Positions 58,526 to 64,000 of a stretch of DNA of 64,000 bases are shown here, piece after piece. Each line of letters opens with the position of its first letter. Position 1 is the first letter of the stretch. The translations under genes were made by a program, and so were the position numbers. The notes beneath the pieces are model-generated. The model did no database searches and was not told where the DNA came from. It was given only the letters and a program-made list of their open reading frames with translations. This stretch comes from Candidatus Cloacimonadales bacterium (lineage in GTDB: Bacteria; Cloacimonadota; Cloacimonadia; Cloacimonadales; JAFGVF01), in NCBI GenBank assembly GCA_963677495.2, contig CAXXOU010000001.1, positions 864,001 through 928,000 of the forward strand, read 5' to 3'.

Positions 58526-60627
58526 TTAACCTCCATGGTAAAGATACCTTCCCACTCCCCGGGAGGGTTTTCAAGCAAGCTTCTACACCTATTTAGCATA
58601 ATGCCTGACGGTTTATCGTTAATTTCAGACGTATAAAGCCTATTAAAAATCTCAGAAGCCTTAAGAAATTCACTGTCAAAATAAAGCTTAAGCGCTTCTT
58701 CGTAATCATTTATCCATCCATATTCATTCTTGGAATCAATAGTTTTATTGTCAACAAGTTCATATATAGTTAGTGGTTTAGTCTTACCTTTTAGGATAAT
58801 TCTATCGAGTTTTCGGAAGAGAAATTCATCCTTTACCTGATCATAAATGTGTTCACAAATAATGATATTAGTCCGGTAGTATTTATTTATGCTTTCCAAC
58901 CTGGAAGCTATGTTAACGGTATCTCCGATCACTGTATAATCCATTCTGGATGGAGAACCAATATTACCGGCAATCAATTTACCGGTTGCGATTCCTATTC
59001 TTGTATTAAGATGTAGTTCATCTGAAAGTTCAAGATTACCTTTCTTCTTCAAATCCTTATTATGTTGTATATGTTGTATAGCCATATTACAGGCATTGTA
59101 AGCATAATCTGAGGTCTGCTTCGCTTGAATAGGAACACCGAATACAGCAAGAATTCCATCACCTAGATACGCTTCAAGTAGACCGTTATTACCGGTGATT
59201 CTATCACCCATTACTGTGAAATATTTATTCAGTATTTCCACTAGCTTACGTGGTTCTGTTTTCTCGGTTAAAGTGGTAAAATTATAGACATCACTGAACA
59301 TTACTGCTGCCCTTACCTCTTCTCCACCTAAGTCGATTAGGTTTGGGTTTTTCTCTAACTCTTTTAAAATCTCTCTACTTATGTATCTGCTAAACATGTT
59401 TCTAATCTTCAGCCGTTCTTTATACTCTTTAGCAAAAGATAAGAATGTGAAGCTTAGCATGTAGATGATATATACTACTAGTATTTGAGGAATCGGAAGA
59501 ATATATCGAGTACTGATCCAAACAGAATAAGCAATCAGAACTATCAGTGTTGTAATAATCAAACTAAGAACAAGTGGTTTGGCAAAACTATCCCGATTTG
59601 TCAACCACACCAGTAACACTAAAAATAATGATATGATTATAACAGTAACAAATGATGATGCAAAACGGATATGGTCATCAGTAACAAGGTTAGTATAAAG
59701 CGTTGCCCACGCTTCTATTCCCGGTTTTTGCACACCTAATGGTGTGTGCTTTAGATCATTTAAACCATCAGCTGTTGCACCAATCATCACAACTGCGTTA
59801 TCAAAGTATCCTGAAGGTATTGTCGGTTCACCACCGTATTTCATAGCTATAGCACTTTGTAAGACAGCTTTTATCGGACAGTACATGAAATCTTCATTAT
59901 ACCAGTTTAGGTGGTAGGATCCTTGTTTTTGTGGGACTTTAAATAAATCTTCTCGTTTAATATGTCTTTCAACTTCAGTAACCGGATAGGATGGTATAAT
60001 GAAGTTACTGCCATTTTCTTTCAGAATGCTATAGATAGGTATCTCTCTAAGAATCCCATCTTTGTCGCTTTGAACGTTAATGGAAACAACACCTTTAGCA
60101 GCATTGTAAAGAGTATCAATAGGCATGTTAGCACTGTAATACTCATGGAAATTGTATATGTTTTTATTAATAGTTTTGTAGTTAGTAAGAGAGCGCCCTA
60201 TCTCTTTCGCTTCAGTCGATAACTGAGTTGCTAAATATACATTCCCGTGCTTTCTCATAGCATCGGCAAAGGTTTTATCGTATTCACCACTTTCAGCTTC
60301 TGAAGTTTCTCTACTTTCATCATAGAAAAGAATATCGAAAAGAACTGCCTTACTGTTCTCAGCTTTCAAATAATCAACTATATGAGCATAGAAATCACGG
60401 GGCCATGGATATGCATAGGATGTGTTCTTTCGAACATAATCAAGACTACTATTGTCAATTGTTACAATAATTACCTTTGTTGAATCGGGAATCTTATGGC
60501 TCCCAACCTTCAATAGGTTATCAGATATTGAGTCATCCAGAGAGTTGTTAACACCAAATCCGATTAGAAGTAGTAATACTCCCAACGTAATCTGTAATGC
60601 TCTTGTGTTTGTATACTTAAGTTTCAT
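58522..60627 (-). CDS. CHASE2-sensor class III adenylate/guanylate cyclase-family protein
   Basis: IVTIDN.S, YPWPR, DKDG.LR, IGATA, 3 TM segments, FSDVYNFT, YLGDG, GNIGS, YTVIGDTVNIASRLE. Confidence 0.92.
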   Translation of the reverse strand: MKLKYTNTRALQITLGVLLLLIGFGVNNSLDDSISDNLLKVGSHKIPDSTKVIIVTIDNSSLDYVRKNTSYAYPWPRDFYAHIVDYLKAENSKAVLFDILFYDESRETSEAESGEYDKTFADAMRKHGNVYLATQLSTEAKEIGRSLTNYKTINKNIYNFHEYYSANMPIDTLYNAAKGVVSINVQSDKDGILREIPIYSILKENGSNFIIPSYPVTEVERHIKREDLFKVPQKQGSYHLNWYNEDFMYCPIKAVLQSAIAMKYGGEPTIPSGYFDNAVVMIGATADGLNDLKHTPLGVQKPGIEAWATLYTNLVTDDHIRFASSFVTVIIISLFLVLLVWLTNRDSFAKPLVLSLIITTLIVLIAYSVWISTRYILPIPQILVVYIIYMLSFTFLSFAKEYKERLKIRNMFSRYISREILKELEKNPNLIDLGGEEVRAAVMFSDVYNFTTLTEKTEPRKLVEILNKYFTVMGDRITGNNGLLEAYLGDGILAVFGVPIQAKQTSDYAYNACNMAIQHIQHNKDLKKKGNLELSDELHLNTRIGIATGKLIAGNIGSPSRMDYTVIGDTVNIASRLESINKYYRTNIIICEHIYDQVKDEFLFRKLDRIILKGKTKPLTIYELVDNKTIDSKNEYGWINDYEEALKLYFDSEFLKASEIFNRLYTSEINDKPSGIMLNRCRSLLENPPGEWEGIFTMEVK

Positions 60628-60692
60628 ATTTTTCCTTTATCAACTTAAACAACTATCACTGATTTATGGCAATCTTTTTATTTTATGACATT

Positions 60693-61200
60693 ACCTTTGC
60701 AATGTCGCAGACCATGCAAATTCTCATCGTAGGACACGCTGCCAGCTTGTCCGCTTAGTGCAGCTTAGCTATTCCACTGACGTTAACTAGTAAGAATTAC
60801 TAAAGCTCTTTAGTAATTATAATCAGGTTTTGCATTGGTGAATCCAGTTCCAAAGGAGTGATCGTTTAATAGCCTCATACGACAACTTGTCGCTTGGGGT
60901 TAAAGACCTCGGACATTGTTTTAGCCTTGAAGGGGCGTAAGGAGCCTCAATGTGTTAATCTTTCACCCCTATAGGGCTACAATCTTCTTTTATTACATTA
61001 CCACATGCCCAAGCATGTGGCTATTGAGCAGACACCTCTTCAAGGCAAAAGAACGCTCTTCAAGCTGTGGGCAGGCAAGCTGCATGCCCTACAACACAGC
61101 CCTAAATGGGCTAAATATGAATAGCCCCGGGTTTTATGAACCCGGGGTCAAGTACCCACCCCCCAAAAAAACCTTAGAACCCTGAAGGGGTTCAACGCTT
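60693..61200. repeat. REP mosaic island
   Basis: 60729-61046 duplicates 48156-48466; gggcaggcaagctgcatgccctac (GTAG family, minus strand); module shared with 47466-47550. Confidence 0.85.
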
Positions 61201-61280
61201 TCAGGACAACGAAAATGATGCTCTAAAGAATCGCTCCAAACTATTGAAGAAAGGACGCCCAGATTGGTAAACTGCTACAC

Positions 61281-61461
61281 CTATTTCGCTCTCACTCCTC
61301 TGCCATAATTATTAATCTACAGATATCGCTACCCAATCAAATTCGAGTCCAAAACCTGTTAAAGAATAACTACATTTGAATAGGGTTTCAATAGGAGTCT
61401 CCTATCTGAGTGTTAAAGATTGTAACAGAGCAGTGACAGTTTCATGATGTTGAGATGCCAT
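61281..61461. repeat. Second copy of the 181-bp element
   Basis: Ungapped alignment to 47745-47925. Confidence 0.85.
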
Positions 61462-61509
61462 TAAAAATTTTCTCATTTTATTCTGACGGATCTCTGCAAA
61501 AAGTCAGAA

Positions 61510-61603
61510 ATCCACCCCTATTTTGCTCCCGCCCCTCCCCCGGACCTCTCGGGGATAGGCGGGAGAGGTCCCCGAGTGGTCCCGGAGAGGAGCAGGGGTG
61601 GAT
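61510..61603. repeat. GC-rich long imperfect hairpin
   Basis: atccacccct...aggggtggat enclosing ggacctctcgggga / tccccgagtggtcc. Confidence 0.65.
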
Positions 61604-61684
61604 ACTTCACTTTCGGTTGACCTTGCACAGACTAATTTCTGCCGAATTGCTCTTGAGCAATAAAAACAGAGCGGAAATACTATG

Positions 61685-61792
61685 CTCACAATTATCTTAT
61701 TTAATTCTCACTTCTCAAGTGGGTGTTATGTCGGATTTGAGTGGGGATTGAGTGAGTGATGAGTGAGAATTGCTCATGGGAGTAACGTGGGA
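61685..61792. repeat. 11-bp-phased motif array
   Basis: ctca/ctta/ctca at 61685, 61696, 61707; aagtg/atgtc/gagtg/gagtg/gagtg at 61717, 61728, 61739, 61750, 61761. Confidence 0.65.
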
Positions 61793-61946
61793 ATAAAGAG
61801 AAAAAGGCACATGAATTTCAGATATTCTATCACCCCTTCAGGGTGTGTCTTAATATTGTGATGATTCCCATACGCTATCGCATATGGCTAATTGAACTTA
61901 TACTTCTTCGAAGTAACAACATCTTCGAAGTAACAACTGCCTTTTC

Positions 61947-62129
61947 ACTCTGAAAGAGTGATTGTTTAATAGCCCCATGCGACTTGTCGCTTGGGGTTAA
62001 AGTTCACAGATATTAGTTTAGCCCTGAAGGGGCGTAGGGAGCCTCAATGTGTTAAACTTACGCCCCTATAGGGCTACACTCTTCTTCTATTACACTACCA
62101 CATGCCAAAGCATGTGGCTATTGACTTAC
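61947..62129 (+). repeat. Copy 4 of the ~195-bp composite REP element, interrupted by IS21
   Basis: Matches 25731-25925 up to ggctattg, shortly before the IS21 left end. Confidence 0.85.
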
Positions 62130-62227
62130 TGTCAATGGCAGTGAGAAATGGTACACGATGGCAGTGAAAAGTGGTACAAAACTGCCAACCTTTAAAAATG
62201 ACTACTTCAAGACAGTTTGGAGTAGGT

Positions 62228-63703
62228 ATGATTGGAGTAGAAGTGTATCATTCAATAAAAACTATGCATAAGCAAGGGCATAGTCAGCGTAAGATCGCAG
62301 AGGAGTTGTCTCTATCAAAGACAACAGTAGGTAAATACATAAATATGACACTTGATGAGTTCATGGAACTAATAAACAATAGCATTCGTGAAAGCAGTTT
62401 TGCCATATGTGAGCAATATGTCCGCGAAAGGCTTAGCAAATATCCACGATTAAGAGCTAGTGTACTATATTTAGAAGTTAAGAAAAAGTTCCCTGAGATA
62501 AAAGCAAAAGACAGAGCTTTCCGAGATTTTGTTCGTAAGCTAAAGCAGACTTATCCTGTCGATAAATACCGTAATTATGCAGTAATCGAGACGGCTCCCG
62601 GTGTTCAGGTTCAAGTTGATCCAGGTGAGATGAAAGTAGTTTTGGGTAATAAACGTCAAAGAGTTTATTTTATAGTTTTTGTGCTTTCCCACTCGCGTCA
62701 AAGCTATGTCCATTGGAGCACAACACCATATAACACATCAAGGTTTATTGAAGCTCATCGTGAAGCTTTTATCTATTTTGAAGGTATCCCTTCAGAGTGT
62801 GTTTACGACCAGACAAAGCTTGTAGTAATACAGGAACGCTATCGGGAAGTAATCTTAAATAATCAGTTCCATCAGTTTGCAGCAAAAACGGGCTTTCATC
62901 CTCATGTATGCGAAGGCTATGATCCACAAAGCAAGGGTAAAGTAGAGCGTAATGTCTCAGAAGTAAAGCATGGCTTTATGTATGGCAAAGAGTTCAAAGA
63001 CCTGGCAGACCTGCGTTCACGCGGACTTGAGTGGCTTTTACACTTTAACGGCAGAACCCATGGCACAACCCGTAAAGTACCATCAGAAGTATGGCAAGAA
63101 GAGAGGTTAAAGCTAAAAGATATTCCAGAGTTTATCTTCACTTTAGAAGTTCGTAATGCAGATAAAACAGGCTTAATCTCGTATGAGGGTAATAAGTACT
63201 CTGTTCCATTAGAGTATCAGCGAAAACAGGTATATGTGCAAAAAGAAAAGAGCACTTTAGTGGTGATGGATATTTATACAAGAAAGGAAATCTGCCAACA
63301 TGAGCTATGCACAGAAAAAGGCAAAATCATCAAAAACACTAATCATTATCGGGATTTTACGGTAGTGCTACAAGAGCTTATTGAGCGAGTAAAGGATGAG
63401 ATGAGTGAATATATCCAAGGAGAAGAACTAATCCAGAGGCTTGTTAATGATAACCCTAAAATAGCAAGGGATCAGTTGAGAGCCTTAAGCAAGTTTAAGC
63501 GTAACTATGAAACAGATGTATGGGAGTCAGTGCTTCCTGAGGTAATGACTCTTTCGCATGTAAAGGCAACAGCCATAGAGAAGCTTCTGAATGCAAAAGT
63601 AAGACAAATGAAGCTAAATGAATTATCAGAATCAGAACCACAACAAGACTCAGAGAGTTCATTAATAGAGCGCTCATTAGATGACTACATGAAGGTGTTA
63701 TAA
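62228..63703 (+). CDS. istA: IS21 transposase IstA
   Basis: Translation identical to 26770-28245. Confidence 0.95.
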   Translation: MIGVEVYHSIKTMHKQGHSQRKIAEELSLSKTTVGKYINMTLDEFMELINNSIRESSFAICEQYVRERLSKYPRLRASVLYLEVKKKFPEIKAKDRAFRDFVRKLKQTYPVDKYRNYAVIETAPGVQVQVDPGEMKVVLGNKRQRVYFIVFVLSHSRQSYVHWSTTPYNTSRFIEAHREAFIYFEGIPSECVYDQTKLVVIQERYREVILNNQFHQFAAKTGFHPHVCEGYDPQSKGKVERNVSEVKHGFMYGKEFKDLADLRSRGLEWLLHFNGRTHGTTRKVPSEVWQEERLKLKDIPEFIFTLEVRNADKTGLISYEGNKYSVPLEYQRKQVYVQKEKSTLVVMDIYTRKEICQHELCTEKGKIIKNTNHYRDFTVVLQELIERVKDEMSEYIQGEELIQRLVNDNPKIARDQLRALSKFKRNYETDVWESVLPEVMTLSHVKATAIEKLLNAKVRQMKLNELSESEPQQDSESSLIERSLDDYMKVL

Positions 63704-63704
63704 G

Positions 63705-64000
63705 ATGATAGAGATAACTAAAACATACATCAAAAGGGCTCGTTGTACTCATATTTTGAATACTCTTGAAAGTGCAGTTTTAGAAGCAGAGAAACAGAAT
63801 ATGACTTATCTGGAGTTCGTACATTATCTATTTGAAAAAGAGAACTCAGGAAGGAATCAAACCAATATCAACAGAAGACTTAAACAGGCTCACATCCCGG
63901 TAATAAAGACCTTTGATGAGTTCGACTATGCTTATCAACAAGTAATAACCAAAAGACAAGTAAAGGAGTGGAAGAACTTTGTCTGGCTGGAGCAGAGGAG
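63705..64000 (+). CDS. istB: IS21 IstB, partial (runs off the window)
   Basis: Sequence matches the istB 5' end at 28247. Confidence 0.93.
   Translation, partial: MIEITKTYIKRARCTHILNTLESAVLEAEKQNMTYLEFVHYLFEKENSGRNQTNINRRLKQAHIPVIKTFDEFDYAYQQVITKRQVKEWKNFVWLEQR

Larger units (their letters stand above)
62130..64000 (+). mobile_element. IS21 second copy, cut by the window end
   Basis: Same left end and identical IstA translation; constant offset of 35458 bp from copy 1. Confidence 0.97.

Noticed and set aside
47745..61461. Diversity-generating retroelement TR/VR pair
   Set aside because: Mismatches are not confined to adenines of one strand (C/G changes occur), and no reverse transcriptase is in the window.
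54713..61751. Short ORFs 54713-54958, 60952-61185, 61455-61751 and 61504-61689
   Set aside because: They overlap repeat modules or GC-rich hairpins and are likely spurious.
61905..61937. 16-bp direct repeat tcttcgaagtaacaac x2
   Set aside because: Only two adjacent copies; a simple local duplication at a repeat edge.
4948..63752. Many 60-150-aa ORFs antisense or out of frame within long genes
   Set aside because: Shadow ORFs of well-supported CDSs.
1..64000. rRNA, tRNA, riboswitches, prophage
   Set aside because: None recognised by eye. tRNAscan-SE and an Rfam scan would be needed to exclude small RNAs.

Overview
A low-GC chromosomal segment from a diderm bacterium. The lptE, lolA and surA genes and a secreted protein with an NFPNPFNP...WDG...GVYF C-terminal tail suggest Cloacimonadota or a related FCB-type lineage (inference). 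The window contains the replication origin region: dnaA, a DnaA-box cluster with a DnaA-trio unwinding module, and two exact plus one degenerate parS site. Housekeeping operons follow: surA-pgpA-yajC-def-fmt-htrA; lptE-rluB-ychF-ftsK-lolA-manC-queD-engB-wecB; rsgA-nadK-recN-nfeD-SPFH; nrdDG; ybaB-recR. It also holds two class III nucleotide cyclases, a frame-split GH38-like gene, two apparently identical IS21 copies and one IS200-type element. The most unusual content is non-coding. Seven intergenic islands (about 13455-14040, 25140-29500, 31670-32000, 38840-39800, 47240-48640, 54160-54960, 60690-62130) are mosaics of modules. One module class is REP-like hairpins, including a 6-unit ~191-bp tandem array split by IS21. 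A second class is 11-bp-phased, often mirror-symmetric motif arrays that recur between islands with conserved blocks and diverged linkers; two of them sit next to identically spaced inverted DnaA-box pairs. No rRNA, tRNA or CRISPR array was recognised.
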